Made by a program: the position numbers and the translations under genes
The notes under the pieces: model-generated
The model's input: the letters and a program-made list of their open reading frames with translations, nothing else
The model's database searches: none
What the model was told of the DNA's origin: nothing
IMG/VR virus record: IMGVR_UViG_3300029288_000123
Coordinates: 1-64,000 of that record
DNA length: 64,000 nt
Reading direction: 5' to 3' (one strand)
Origin: a virus
Taxonomy: Duplodnaviria > Caudoviricetes
Shown here: positions 19,401 through 27,963 of the stretch, one piece after another
Layout of the letters: the number at the start of each line of letters is the position of its first letter
How positions within the stretch are numbered: the first letter of the stretch is position 1

Positions 19401-21123
19401 CTTTTGGAGAGGAGACGGAATACCATGTAGAAAAACTTTGGCTTTAAGTAATACATCTGAAAATGTTATAAATGGAATGTCTTTATTGTTTGCTCTTAAT
19501 AACAAAGATTTTCATTTATTTAAAACAACTCACAAAAATTCAAATTGGAAAGATTGTTATGAGCTGAGGGAGTCATTAGAAGATGATAGAATTATAGACC
19601 ATAAAAATTTAGAATTTCGTAAAAAATATAAAAACTTAATAAAAGATATGCAAGAATATGAAGGAGTTGCACCCGATGAATTATTTCTTTTATTAAATGC
19701 AGATGTAGGCTTTGCAAGAATCAGAAAAATAAATATTTATAATTATAATGGTCACGTATATGATTTAAGTGTTAAAAATAATGAAAATTTTTTAGGGGGG
19801 ACAGGATTATTATTTTTTCATAATAGTTTATTTATTGACTTTAATATTCATACAGGAATACCGAAATATTTAAGAAAAATAAAAGTAATAGGAAGTGGCG
19901 GAAAATATTTAACAAAAACTTACGACAAGTACAAAAAATTAGCTGTAAAATTTGCGATGGCTATGCTTGATGTTTGGGAAACCGGAGATAAAAACGGAGT
20001 TCCTTTTGTATTTCCTAAATGTCAATTACATATTAATGAAGAAACGTTTACTGATAAAGACCAGTTAGCACTTTTAAAAAGAGCAACAGAAGTAGCCAGT
20101 AAAAACGGCGGAGTATACTTTGTGTTTGATAGGGAAGAAGTAACCCTTTCTCAGTGTTGCAGGTTATCTACCACTATAACAGATAAAAGTATGCTAGAAC
20201 ATCCCGAATCACAACGATTTTGTGGATTTCAGAATATAACTATAAACTTACCGCAAGTTGCTTATAGAGTAGGCAAGGGAAATATAGAAGAAGCAATTAA
20301 AGACATTAAGAATTTAATGGATTTAGCAGTTAAGGCTCATTTACAAAAGAAAAGATTTATAGCCCGATTAATGAATAAACCTAATCTACCATTATGGGAA
20401 ATAGGTAAAGAAGCAAAAGACGGAAATCCTTATGTAGATTTAGAAAAGGCTACTTATATTATAGGGGTTATAGGATTAAATGAATGTTTACAATATTTAA
20501 CCGGCAAAGAATTACACGAAGACGAAGAAGTATTCAAGATAGGAATAAAAATCATTACTGCCATGAATATGTATTGTAAAGAATTAACAAAGACTCAAAA
20601 ACTACTGTTTAAATTAGAAGAATCACCCGCAGAATCGGCTTCTAGAAGATTTGTAATGATAGATTTGGCTAGTTATCCTAAAGAGTCTAAATCGGTTATA
20701 AGAGGAGATTTGAGTAAAGATGAAGCTTATTATACAAATTCTATACATCTTCGAGCAGATGCTCCGGTTGATATAATTACTAGAATAGAGAAACAAAGCA
20801 AGTTTCATACTCTTATAGAATCGGGAGCTATTATTCATGCTTTTGTAGGAGAGAAATTGCCCCCAGCAGAAAGTATATTAAATTTAATTACTAAAACATG
20901 GAAGAACACTGCTTGTTCTCAATTAACTATTTCTCCAGAGTTTACTATATGTAATGATTGCAAAAAATTAACTATGGGAATAAAAGATAAATGCTCTATA
21001 TGTAATTCTACTAATGTTGAGGGAATGACAAGGATAGTGGGGTATTATTCTAGAGTTAAAAATTGGAATAAAAGTAAACTCGGCGAATTAAAAGACAGGC
21101 AAAAAGGTGATTATGGAGTTTAA
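16369..21123 (+). CDS. nrdD: Anaerobic (class III) ribonucleotide reductase with ATP-cone and two inteins
   Basis: ATP-cone, IHIHDL, QCCRL, ESPAES, YYTNS, C-terminal CxxC..CxxC and RIVGYY glycyl-radical loop. Confidence 0.95.
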   Translation: MPKVKVRKKVTKKADNTDIALLVTPLSNDELQEWDINKIIDSLETELGLDIKESNAIAKSIEEKLINSTIKTISTSLVRELIDNELFERGLTAKLKKHQSLGIPLQNLKDIIFTKNEENSNILSNNPEAVNLAIAENILKQFALENIFSQDVATAHLEGKIHIHDLGFPTRVYSFHKDECMLIKNSNIICIRSFKQLWDEQTVSPIINNDCEIKILENVFVYDKNKTWTRLKKIIRHKSNRKMLSIESHNGNSVIITDNHPFIVLEDKIPKYTCPECGKLTSITNGSSCKNSKTYICQKCNRQFSKKIKKYDLTNTKTIQTNRVTLDNWIVESDLVDRNYIKNNKMYFPIDKETAYFIGLFIAEGNIEKHSITITGKSHIKYVKMFAKKHNFSYTINNMSVRVYGKNLVSFLNFIDVGIKSDTKSLPKNFLAFDESVVDTIISGIFDGDGSIKKQDRGADELSIRVTSRILLSQLKYWFSYKYIKHSLTYIGINSPRKHKGIDIINKKPMYRIAFYLNKKNKDLLKNSLKFKSYKPIISKTIIPKVGRDYKNEKIKAIKECKYKDNYVYDITTESNTFVCNGILVHNCSAHSIEYIKKYGLSLCNLDTESAPAKHAQTLTGHLNTFLASMQSYYAGALGLGYVNIFYAPYLEGMSYEELKQEAQYLIFSCSQNAFSRGSQSLISEETVWIKKQNTIYQSKIGDLVDSKLKEDNQVQQENNIEISKQNKDNLEVVSFDKKGKISYKPITAFAKMPFQGKIYSFETSKGIIKGVTGDHSVLIWNGKSFVSQKASELKKNDYIVAPLKLPEIKAIDELNLGKIFAEKESFGGEIRVLDKKELFKNAIKRKFGRNFLVEIAKEAGSNASSIRTNWFRKKKIPIKIYDKYVGLDESVNLIYKGDSHSVFSSKIKVSSEFVKLLGYYISEGHNSKKAKTFIAISNTDDKFIDDIKQCLKFFNYSFVVHQNKNVKQVVIQGILGKIISFLGEDDLGVKQIPLFIYSLPKKLQLEFIKAFWRGDGIPCRKTLALSNTSENVINGMSLLFALNNKDFHLFKTTHKNSNWKDCYELRESLEDDRIIDHKNLEFRKKYKNLIKDMQEYEGVAPDELFLLLNADVGFARIRKINIYNYNGHVYDLSVKNNENFLGGTGLLFFHNSLFIDFNIHTGIPKYLRKIKVIGSGGKYLTKTYDKYKKLAVKFAMAMLDVWETGDKNGVPFVFPKCQLHINEETFTDKDQLALLKRATEVASKNGGVYFVFDREEVTLSQCCRLSTTITDKSMLEHPESQRFCGFQNITINLPQVAYRVGKGNIEEAIKDIKNLMDLAVKAHLQKKRFIARLMNKPNLPLWEIGKEAKDGNPYVDLEKATYIIGVIGLNECLQYLTGKELHEDEEVFKIGIKIITAMNMYCKELTKTQKLLFKLEESPAESASRRFVMIDLASYPKESKSVIRGDLSKDEAYYTNSIHLRADAPVDIITRIEKQSKFHTLIESGAIIHAFVGEKLPPAESILNLITKTWKNTACSQLTISPEFTICNDCKKLTMGIKDKCSICNSTNVEGMTRIVGYYSRVKNWNKSKLGELKDRQKGDYGV
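16888..18129 (+). mobile_element. nrdD intein 1 (414 aa; Ser1; LAGLIDADG; internal Zn ribbon)
   Basis: VY|SFHKDE...ITDNHPF...FIGLFIAEG...GIFDGDG...LVHN|C. Confidence 0.92.
18409..19824 (+). mobile_element. nrdD intein 2 (472 aa; Ser1; LAGLIDADG)
   Basis: GSQ|SLISEE...VTGDHSV...LLGYYISEG...FWRGDG...FFHN|S. Confidence 0.92.
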
Positions 21124-21167
21124 TTATGAAAAAACAAGGAAAAAATCTAGTATAAGGATTAAATATA

Positions 21168-21231
21168 CCCCAAAAACGCACAAAACGCCCCTTCTCGCTT
21201 GAGATTACTGTTTAAAGGTAGGGGGGTAGCC
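21168..21231 (+). repeat. Dispersed element copy 2 (arm > degenerate core)
   Basis: 21172-21206 identical to 40071-40105; followed by GGTAGGGGGGTAGCC at 21217. Confidence 0.9.
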
Positions 21232-21288
21232 TTAAACTAAAGTTTATATAGGAAATATGATAAAAACGGTAAATATTGGAGAACATTT

Positions 21289-21573
21289 ATGAAAGCAGTA
21301 GAAATTTACGGAAAAAAGAATTGTTCTGCTTGCGATGGAGCTAAGAAAAAGTTTGAGACGTTTATTAAAAAATGGAAATTAGAAGATGAAATTATTTTGA
21401 AATTTTTTGATATGGATACAGAAGAAGGAACGGAAAATAGTGCTATTAACGGAATATATAAAATTCCTACTGTGGTTTTAGTAGATATGGATAGAAATAA
21501 AGAGTTAAATAGATGGGAAGGAAAAGTTCCTCTTTCTAAAGATTTTGAGAAAATTCTCAAGGAGAATATATGA
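21289..21573 (+). CDS. Thioredoxin/glutaredoxin-like redoxin
   Basis: CSAC motif and cis-Pro IPT; directly downstream of nrdD. Confidence 0.85.
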   Translation: MKAVEIYGKKNCSACDGAKKKFETFIKKWKLEDEIILKFFDMDTEEGTENSAINGIYKIPTVVLVDMDRNKELNRWEGKVPLSKDFEKILKENI

Positions 21574-22337
21574 AAGTATCTGACAGTGTAGATTTTGCAA
21601 CAACAATTCGTAATATTAGCAAAGATGACCTTGTTAAGAAAGCAAGACAGGAAGGGTCTAATACTCTTTACACTTTAGTTAAAAACACTTCAAAAAGTAT
21701 TTTGAACAAAATGGCTAAAGAGGTTTGTCAACATAGTCATACATTTTGGTTACATCCTGCTTGTTTTATCGAAAAATATAAAATAGAAGAAAAAATAGGA
21801 ATATTAGATATTGAACCACATAATTTAAATGCTGATTATGGGGTTTGTGTTTGTTATACTATTAAAGAATATGGAAAAAATGTTTTTTATCAAGATGCTA
21901 TTACAATTAAAGATATTAAAAAGGGTTGGGAAGATAAAAGGGTTTTAACTAATCTTGTTAAGGATATGCGTAGATTTGATAGAATAGTCGGATTTTATAT
22001 TACTGACCGCAAATTTGATTTACCTTATTTGCGTAGCCGAGCATTAAAATACAATATAGATTTTCCTGCTTATGGTGAATTGTGGGTAACAGATTTACAT
22101 ACAGTAGTAAAAAACAAACTTAAATTTAGACGAAACAGTTTACGGGTAGTGTGTGACCATTTTAATATTCCTTCTAAAAGTATTTTTACAACTCCGCAGA
22201 TGGCATTGGCAAGAATTAGAGGCGATAAAAAAGCCCTTAAAGATAGTGTTGCTCATGCAAAAGAAGATGTTGTAAGCACAGAAAAGCTATATGATATTTT
22301 ACATCCTTATATGAAATTGACGAGGACAAGTATATGA
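21570..22337 (+). CDS. DEDD/RNase H-like 3'-5' exonuclease (YprB-like)
   Basis: LDIE, FDLPYL, HAKEDV. Confidence 0.8.
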   Translation: MKVSDSVDFATTIRNISKDDLVKKARQEGSNTLYTLVKNTSKSILNKMAKEVCQHSHTFWLHPACFIEKYKIEEKIGILDIEPHNLNADYGVCVCYTIKEYGKNVFYQDAITIKDIKKGWEDKRVLTNLVKDMRRFDRIVGFYITDRKFDLPYLRSRALKYNIDFPAYGELWVTDLHTVVKNKLKFRRNSLRVVCDHFNIPSKSIFTTPQMALARIRGDKKALKDSVAHAKEDVVSTEKLYDILHPYMKLTRTSI

Positions 22338-22546
22338 TTAATGAATTTATTAAAAGACAGAAGGAAGGGTTATGTCCAATATGTAAATGCAAATTACATA
22401 AAGATGATAAAGTAGAAACTGTTCATTTCGATAATAAAATATTTACTGTTTGTGCTAAACACTTAAATCCTAATTCAATAATAAAAGGAGTTAAAAGTGG
22501 ACATAAAATGCGAAGAAAAATTAGACAAGAGAAAAAAAGCGATTAA
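22334..22546 (+). CDS. Small Zn-finger protein
   Basis: CPIC...CAKH. Confidence 0.5.
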   Translation: MINEFIKRQKEGLCPICKCKLHKDDKVETVHFDNKIFTVCAKHLNPNSIIKGVKSGHKMRRKIRQEKKSD

Positions 22547-22724
22547 AACTTTGAAAAATCATATTCACGATTATGATGATGGAACAAGGTTAGTATTTCA
22601 CGGGGCAGGTATAGGAGAAGGACATTCGGGGTTAACGTGTAAAAAATGTGGAAAAAAAGTAAAACGATTATATTATAATAAGAAATATATTGGATATTGT
22701 CTGGATTGTTTAAATGCAATTTAA
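22497..22724 (+). CDS. Small Zn-finger protein
   Basis: CKKC...CLDC. Confidence 0.5.
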   Translation: MDIKCEEKLDKRKKAIKTLKNHIHDYDDGTRLVFHGAGIGEGHSGLTCKKCGKKVKRLYYNKKYIGYCLDCLNAI

Positions 22725-23835
22725 AAATCTGAAAATAAAGAATTATAGGTCAATCGAAGAAGCCGAGCTGAAATTTTCTAAAGGCATTAATATTATTATA
22801 GGAAATTCTCAGACCGGTAAAAGTAATATCCAACGGTTGCTTAGAGATTGGGCATTTAACAATACAGGAGATGATTTTGTTACAGTTAATGCTGATAAAA
22901 CACAAATCGAAATAGACGGAGTGTTATGGGAAAAAGGAAAAGAAAAAAGTAAAAAAATTAATAGATATTCATATAATGGAGAAATTTATGATAATGTAGG
23001 AAGAAACGTTCCTGAACCTATCACAGAGTTTACTCAAATAGTTAAAATTGATTTTGGTGGAAGTGAGCCTATAAGTTTAAATTTTATAGACCAACACAGT
23101 TCGTTTTTTATGATATTTAACAGCAAAAGCGATAATGCTAAAATATTAGGTAGAATTGCCGGTATTGATAAGATATATAAGTGTGTTAAATTAAGTAGTC
23201 AGAAACTCAAGAAAAATAAAGGATTAATTTCAACATATCAGAAAAATATTGAAGAAGATAAAGAAGAATTAAAACAATATGATTTTTTAGTTGCTGAAGA
23301 AACGTTTTTAAAAGAAATTAAAGAAAATATTGATACATTAAAAACCAAAGAACAAGAATTAATACAATTAGAACAAAAGGTTGTAGATTATAATGTTACA
23401 ACAGAACTTTTACAAAAAGTTCAGATTCAATTAGATACATTTCCTATTTATGAAAATATTTATATTGATAAATTAATTGAGAGGGCACATAAAATAGGTG
23501 TGTTAGAAAATTTAATTAAAGAATATAATGATATTCAAACGAGGATTAGTTCGTTAAACGTTAAACAATATGAAACTTTAACAAGTATTGAGATTATAAA
23601 ATCTATAGACAAGTTAGAATCAGAATCAGATAAATTACAAATTTTAGAGGAGTTAATAGAATCTTATGATAGTAATAACCGGAAATATAATAGTGTCCTT
23701 TTAGATATTCAAAAATATGAAAACGGTTTACAAGAAAGCAAAACTGAATTAGAAGGTTATATTAAAGATTTACATGTTTGTCCTATAACATTAGATATTA
23801 TGCCCGAAGAATGTAAGGAGAAAATACGTGGCTAA
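22714..23835 (+). CDS. Rad50/SbcC-like ATPase, N-terminal half
   Basis: LKIKNYRS, Walker A GNSQTGKS, Q-loop DQH, coiled coil, terminal CP motif. Confidence 0.85.
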   Translation: MQFKNLKIKNYRSIEEAELKFSKGINIIIGNSQTGKSNIQRLLRDWAFNNTGDDFVTVNADKTQIEIDGVLWEKGKEKSKKINRYSYNGEIYDNVGRNVPEPITEFTQIVKIDFGGSEPISLNFIDQHSSFFMIFNSKSDNAKILGRIAGIDKIYKCVKLSSQKLKKNKGLISTYQKNIEEDKEELKQYDFLVAEETFLKEIKENIDTLKTKEQELIQLEQKVVDYNVTTELLQKVQIQLDTFPIYENIYIDKLIERAHKIGVLENLIKEYNDIQTRISSLNVKQYETLTSIEIIKSIDKLESESDKLQILEELIESYDSNNRKYNSVLLDIQKYENGLQESKTELEGYIKDLHVCPITLDIMPEECKEKIRG

Positions 23836-24796
23836 AGAAACCGTTGGTCTTTTGTGTGGAGATATAGAATTTACATATAGAAATTCCGTCAGTCGGACGG
23901 ATTCTTATGGTAATGATATATTAGATAAATTGTATCAAATTGTTCGATTAGCAAAAGAACAAAACGCCGATTTTGTTGCTTTTACCGGCGATTTTATGAA
24001 TAGAAAATACGATTTTAATTGTAAAGAAATTATAGCGTTGCAAATATTATTTAAACATTTTTCTGTTCCTGTAATTACTATTGCAGGAAACCATGATATA
24101 GTCGGATATAATTTTGAATCCAAAAATTATAAACCGATAGGGATTTTTGAACAAACAGGGATTCATGTTTTAAATGACACCGAAATAAAAATCAATAATG
24201 TTATTATAAGCGGGAAATCATATTATCGTAATATTGATATTGATAGAAAAGCCTATTATTATCACGGACAAGACAACGATAGTTTTAAAATAGGGTTAAC
24301 TCACGGTTGTTTAATTGGGTTCGGAACAGAAAACTCTCCAGATACTTTTTTTGGTGATTACACTACAGTGAAGGATATTGAAGATACTAATTATGATTTA
24401 ATTTTTAATGGTCATTGGCACAAGAATCAGGGAATGATACAGCGAAATAAAAAATGGTTTGTTAATATAGGGTCTATAGGAAGAGACGATATTTCTTTAT
24501 ATACCCATCAGCCTACCGTTGTAATGATAAAAGTAAATCAAAAAAAAGAATGTTTATTAGAAAATATTCCATTAAACATACAACCCCCCGAATCGGTTTT
24601 TATTGTTAAAGAAGAAACAGAATTTAAATCAGATAGCAAACTATCAGATTATATGAGAGAGTTAATTAATTATGATAAAAATAACAGTTTTATATCTGAT
24701 ATTGATTTAGTATATAAATTTATCAAAGACCAACATGTTTCGAACGATGTTAAAATTGTTATAGAAAAAATTTTAAAGGAGATAGATTATGCTTGA
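23828..24796 (+). CDS. Mre11/SbcD-like metallophosphoesterase nuclease
   Basis: GDIE, TGDF, AGNHD, THG, GHWH, GS motifs. Confidence 0.85.
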   Translation: MAKETVGLLCGDIEFTYRNSVSRTDSYGNDILDKLYQIVRLAKEQNADFVAFTGDFMNRKYDFNCKEIIALQILFKHFSVPVITIAGNHDIVGYNFESKNYKPIGIFEQTGIHVLNDTEIKINNVIISGKSYYRNIDIDRKAYYYHGQDNDSFKIGLTHGCLIGFGTENSPDTFFGDYTTVKDIEDTNYDLIFNGHWHKNQGMIQRNKKWFVNIGSIGRDDISLYTHQPTVVMIKVNQKKECLLENIPLNIQPPESVFIVKEETEFKSDSKLSDYMRELINYDKNNSFISDIDLVYKFIKDQHVSNDVKIVIEKILKEIDYA

Positions 24797-25022
24797 AAAA
24801 ATTAACAAATTGAAAGAAAAGATTAAGAAATTAGAAGCCGACAAAATTAAAGCTCAAACACTCGAAGAAGAATTGAAAAAGAAAAAGACAGAAATTATAG
24901 AAGAACTTAAAGCGTTTAATGTTACTCCAGAACAAGCAAAAGATTATCTTGAAAAAAGTAAACAAAAATTGTTAGAAGAAATTAATAAAATTTCTCAAAC
25001 ACTGGATACTCCTATATGTTAA
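24789..25022 (+). CDS. Small coiled-coil protein of the Rad50/Mre11 module
   Basis: Heptad K/E/L pattern; translationally coupled to neighbours. Confidence 0.6.
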   Translation: MLEKINKLKEKIKKLEADKIKAQTLEEELKKKKTEIIEELKAFNVTPEQAKDYLEKSKQKLLEEINKISQTLDTPIC

Positions 25023-25684
25023 ATGATACAATAGTTTCTAAATTTGAATCTCGTAAATCTGAGTTAGACCGCAAAAAAGGAATGAAAGAATCTATTATCA
25101 ATAGAATTCAGAAAAACACGGGCTTAATTCAGCAGACAGAAAAATACAGCGAATTACTTACTCAAGCAAATAACATTTTCTTGAATATTATAGAATTGAA
25201 AAGAGAAGAAATTAAAAATAAAATAGAATATTGGGTAACTAAAGGCTTACAGCTTATTTTTGAAAACAATAATTATGTATTCGAGTTTGAAATGGGAGTT
25301 CAACGAGATGAAATGTATGCTACACCTATGTTATGGAGTGTTTATAAAGGTCAAAAATTTAAAATGGATTTATCAGATAGTAATGCGGGGGCTATGTTAG
25401 AAATTATTAGTTTTGTTTTGAAAATTATTTGTTTAGTGTTTTACCGACCGGTTTTATCTAAAGTGATTATAGCAGATGAACCATTTAAAAATACATCCGA
25501 ATATTATATACCAAAAGTAGCTGAATTTTTAAAAGAATTATCTCTTCAGTTGGATGTGCAAATTATTATGAATACTCATCAAATGGAATTTAAAGAAGTT
25601 GCAGATAGCGTATTTGAAATTTCTCAGTCTCAGTCTGGTGAGAGCACTGTAAAAAAACTTGTTGACAAACAAAGCAATTTATAG
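25016..25684 (+). CDS. Rad50/SbcC-like ATPase, C-terminal half
   Basis: Coiled coil, signature-like SNAGA, Walker B IIADEPF, switch NTH. Confidence 0.85.
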   Translation: MLNDTIVSKFESRKSELDRKKGMKESIINRIQKNTGLIQQTEKYSELLTQANNIFLNIIELKREEIKNKIEYWVTKGLQLIFENNNYVFEFEMGVQRDEMYATPMLWSVYKGQKFKMDLSDSNAGAMLEIISFVLKIICLVFYRPVLSKVIIADEPFKNTSEYYIPKVAEFLKELSLQLDVQIIMNTHQMEFKEVADSVFEISQSQSGESTVKKLVDKQSNL

Positions 25685-25690
25685 TATAAT
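25662..25690 (+). promoter_or_regulatory. Consensus sigma70 promoter
   Basis: TTGACA-N17-TATAAT. Confidence 0.85.
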
Positions 25691-25699
25691 AGCACACTT

Positions 25700-26107
25700 A
25701 TGAATACTAAAGATATTATTAAATGTTTAGAAAAAAGATGTAAAGACTGTAATATTAATATTAAAAGATTAAATAAAACGGAAGAAACCGACGAAGACGA
25801 AGGTAAATTTGTTGCTGGTTACGATAGCGATAATAATGAGATTATACTATGTGTTAAAGGCAAAACAAAAGTTTGGGAAGCGGTATTTTTAGCACATGAA
25901 TTTAGTCATTCATTATGGGAAAAAAATTATGTATATAAAAACACTAAACCTCTTAAATATAAAGAATATGATACTAACACTTTTTTTATTGAATTACAAG
26001 TTGAGGCATTGACACTAAAAATATTACAAGAATTAAAAGCCAACAGAAAAATAATAGATTTTTGTAAGAAAGCTGTTATAACAAATTTGAAAGATTATTT
26101 AACATAA
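25700..26107 (+). CDS. Zincin metallopeptidase (ImmA/IrrE-like)
   Basis: LAHEFSH plus downstream Glu (IELQVE). Confidence 0.65.
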   Translation: MNTKDIIKCLEKRCKDCNINIKRLNKTEETDEDEGKFVAGYDSDNNEIILCVKGKTKVWEAVFLAHEFSHSLWEKNYVYKNTKPLKYKEYDTNTFFIELQVEALTLKILQELKANRKIIDFCKKAVITNLKDYLT

Positions 26108-26182
26108 CTGACTGTAGGCTAGTGGCAAGCTTCGTGCCTTGGGAGCACGATTTCGCAGGTTCGAGTCCTGCCAGTCAGACCA
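26108..26182 (+). tRNA. tRNA-Pro(TGG)
   Basis: CTGACTG/CAGTCAG, CGTGC-CTTGGGA-GCACG, TTCGAGT, CCA; C1-G72 and A73. Confidence 0.93.
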
Positions 26183-26510
26183 CTTACAATGACAGATTAA
26201 ATAGAAGGAGAAAAGGTTATGACAATTAATATACCACAATGGATTTTAATTGTCCTATTATCTTTGCCTATTATTGTTATTAGCTTGTTTTTCTTATGGA
26301 TTTACTGGTTAAAGAATTTTTCTGATAAAGGAGAGAAGTGAAACTATGAAAGATAAAAAGAAAAAAGATTTACTTCCAGAATGTGAGAACTGCGGTTGTC
26401 AAAGATATAATCCTTGTTCTTGCAGAAAGTCAGATAAAAAGTCGGGTTCATATAAACGAAAAGTAAATAAAGAAAATCATAAAAACAATCTAAAAAGGAG
26501 TTAAACTATA

Positions 26511-26885
26511 TTGAAACTAAATAAAAAAACAGAAAACAAGTTCGGTTACGAATTGATAATGAATGTTTATGATTGTGATTTAAATATACTTCAATCAAAA
26601 GAAAAACTTACAGAATATGTAGATAGACTTTGTGAAATTATAGATATGAAAAAATACGGAAAGACTTTACTTGAATATTTTGGTTTAGAAAAAGAACATA
26701 CTAAGGGTTATTCTCTTATGCAATTTATAGAAACTAGTTCAATTACAGGTCATTTCTCTGAATATTGGAAAATTGCTTATCTGAATATTTTTAGTTGCAA
26801 AGAATTTGAGCGAAAAAAAGCTAGAGATTTTACTAAGAAATTTTTTAAAGCAAAAAGGATTACTTGTCAGTTTATAGAACGATAA
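26511..26885 (+). CDS. speD: Pyruvoyl-dependent S-adenosylmethionine decarboxylase-like proenzyme
   Basis: GYELIMNVYDC, ETSSITGH, YLNIFSC. Confidence 0.8.
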   Translation: MKLNKKTENKFGYELIMNVYDCDLNILQSKEKLTEYVDRLCEIIDMKKYGKTLLEYFGLEKEHTKGYSLMQFIETSSITGHFSEYWKIAYLNIFSCKEFERKKARDFTKKFFKAKRITCQFIER

Positions 26886-26923
26886 AAGAATAAGGTAACT
26901 ATCTCAAATTTTTTAACAAAAAC

Positions 26924-26998
26924 AGCCCGCTGTTCTATTGGTTAGGATATGAGACCTTCAATCTCATGGAAAGAGTTCAATTCTCTTGCGGGCTACCA
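26924..26998 (+). tRNA. tRNA-Glu(TTC), atypical
   Basis: AGCCCGC/GCGGGCT, TGAGA-CCTTCAA-TCTCA, AAGAG-TTCAATT-CTCTT, CCA. Confidence 0.8.
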
Positions 26999-27011
26999 GA
27001 GGATTATTAAT

Positions 27012-27755
27012 GTGAAAAAGTTAATTATAATAGCGGGTGGTTGGTCTGTGTTAGAAGGTATTAAAAAAGAGCTTTGGAGTTATTTGTTAGAGAATTATTT
27101 TAAGCAACAGAATACAGAGATTTGGTCTTTAAATTTTTCTTATAAATTTATGCCTTTGTTACCCGATAGACAGATATGGATAGATAAAACTTTTTTTGAG
27201 GATAATATAGAAGATATTCTTTTTCTAAGACATAAAGACGTTGCATTATCTACTAGGATTAACAGTAAAATTAAAAGATTACATTATATTTCTAATAGAA
27301 GCGTTAGAAAAAAAATGGAAGAAGAATTTAAAGTTATAGAACAATTCAAAACAAACTGTAATATGAAAGAAGCATACAAAGGAAATTTGCTTTTTTGTGG
27401 TAGACAGGGATTAGTTGGAATTTTTGCAACATCATTAGCTATATTAAAAGGATTTAAAGAGATTTATTGGTTAGGAATGGATTACGGAAATCTTACAGTC
27501 AAAGATAAAAAAACACACTGGTATCAAGATATGATACCCTCCGCTAATTTTAAACCAGAAATTAAATCTCATGGAATAGGAGTTCCCGCTCATTATAGAG
27601 ACACTAAAACAGATAAAATCAATTATATGATAGAAGATTTCAATGTATTTTTAAAATATAAAGATGTAAACATTAAAAACGTTTCTTTACAAAGTAATAT
27701 TCAATCATTCGAAAAAATAAGTTATGATGAATTTTTTAAATTAATTGCAGGGTAG
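27012..27755 (+). CDS. Maf/MptE-like (DUF115/GT42-type fold) putative transferase
   Basis: IIAGGWS and GFKEIYWLGMDY..HWY motifs; start moved to GTG 27012 after the tRNA. Confidence 0.6.
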   Translation: MKKLIIIAGGWSVLEGIKKELWSYLLENYFKQQNTEIWSLNFSYKFMPLLPDRQIWIDKTFFEDNIEDILFLRHKDVALSTRINSKIKRLHYISNRSVRKKMEEEFKVIEQFKTNCNMKEAYKGNLLFCGRQGLVGIFATSLAILKGFKEIYWLGMDYGNLTVKDKKTHWYQDMIPSANFKPEIKSHGIGVPAHYRDTKTDKINYMIEDFNVFLKYKDVNIKNVSLQSNIQSFEKISYDEFFKLIAG

Positions 27756-27820
27756 TGAAACGGATTCATACTTGGCTCATAACCAAGAGAAAGTGGGTTC
27801 GACTCCCACCCCTGCTACCA
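27746..27820 (+). tRNA. tRNA-Met(CAT), initiator-like
   Basis: TGCAGGG/CCCTGCT with 1:72 mismatch, CTTGG-CTCATAA-CCAAG, TTCGACT, CCA. Confidence 0.88.
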
Positions 27821-27884
27821 ATTTTTAAAAGAAAGGATAATATTAAGTTTAAAATATAAATAGAAAAATATTATATACAAAATA

Positions 27885-27963
27885 GCACTTAGTAGTTTTA
27901 AATGGGTTAAAATAACTGTCTTGTAAGCAGTAGTTTTGGGTTCAAGTCCCAACAAGTGCTCCA
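27885..27963 (+). tRNA. tRNA-Thr(TGT), irregular acceptor/D region
   Basis: GCACTT(A)G/CAAGTGC, ACTGT-CTTGTAA-GCAGT, TTGGG-TTCAAGT-CCCAA, CCA. Confidence 0.78.

Noticed and set aside
4997-21123. Group I/II introns in replication genes
   Set aside because: All four insertions are in frame with intein splice-junction residues.
26924-26998. Opal suppressor tRNA (TCA) and stop-codon recoding
   Set aside because: The 7-nt loop centres on TTC; genes are intact in code 11 and TGA/TAG are used as true coupled stops.
26949-27011. Listed 5' end of the 268-aa ORF
   Set aside because: Overlaps tRNA-Glu; GTG at 27012 with an AGAGG RBS fits better.
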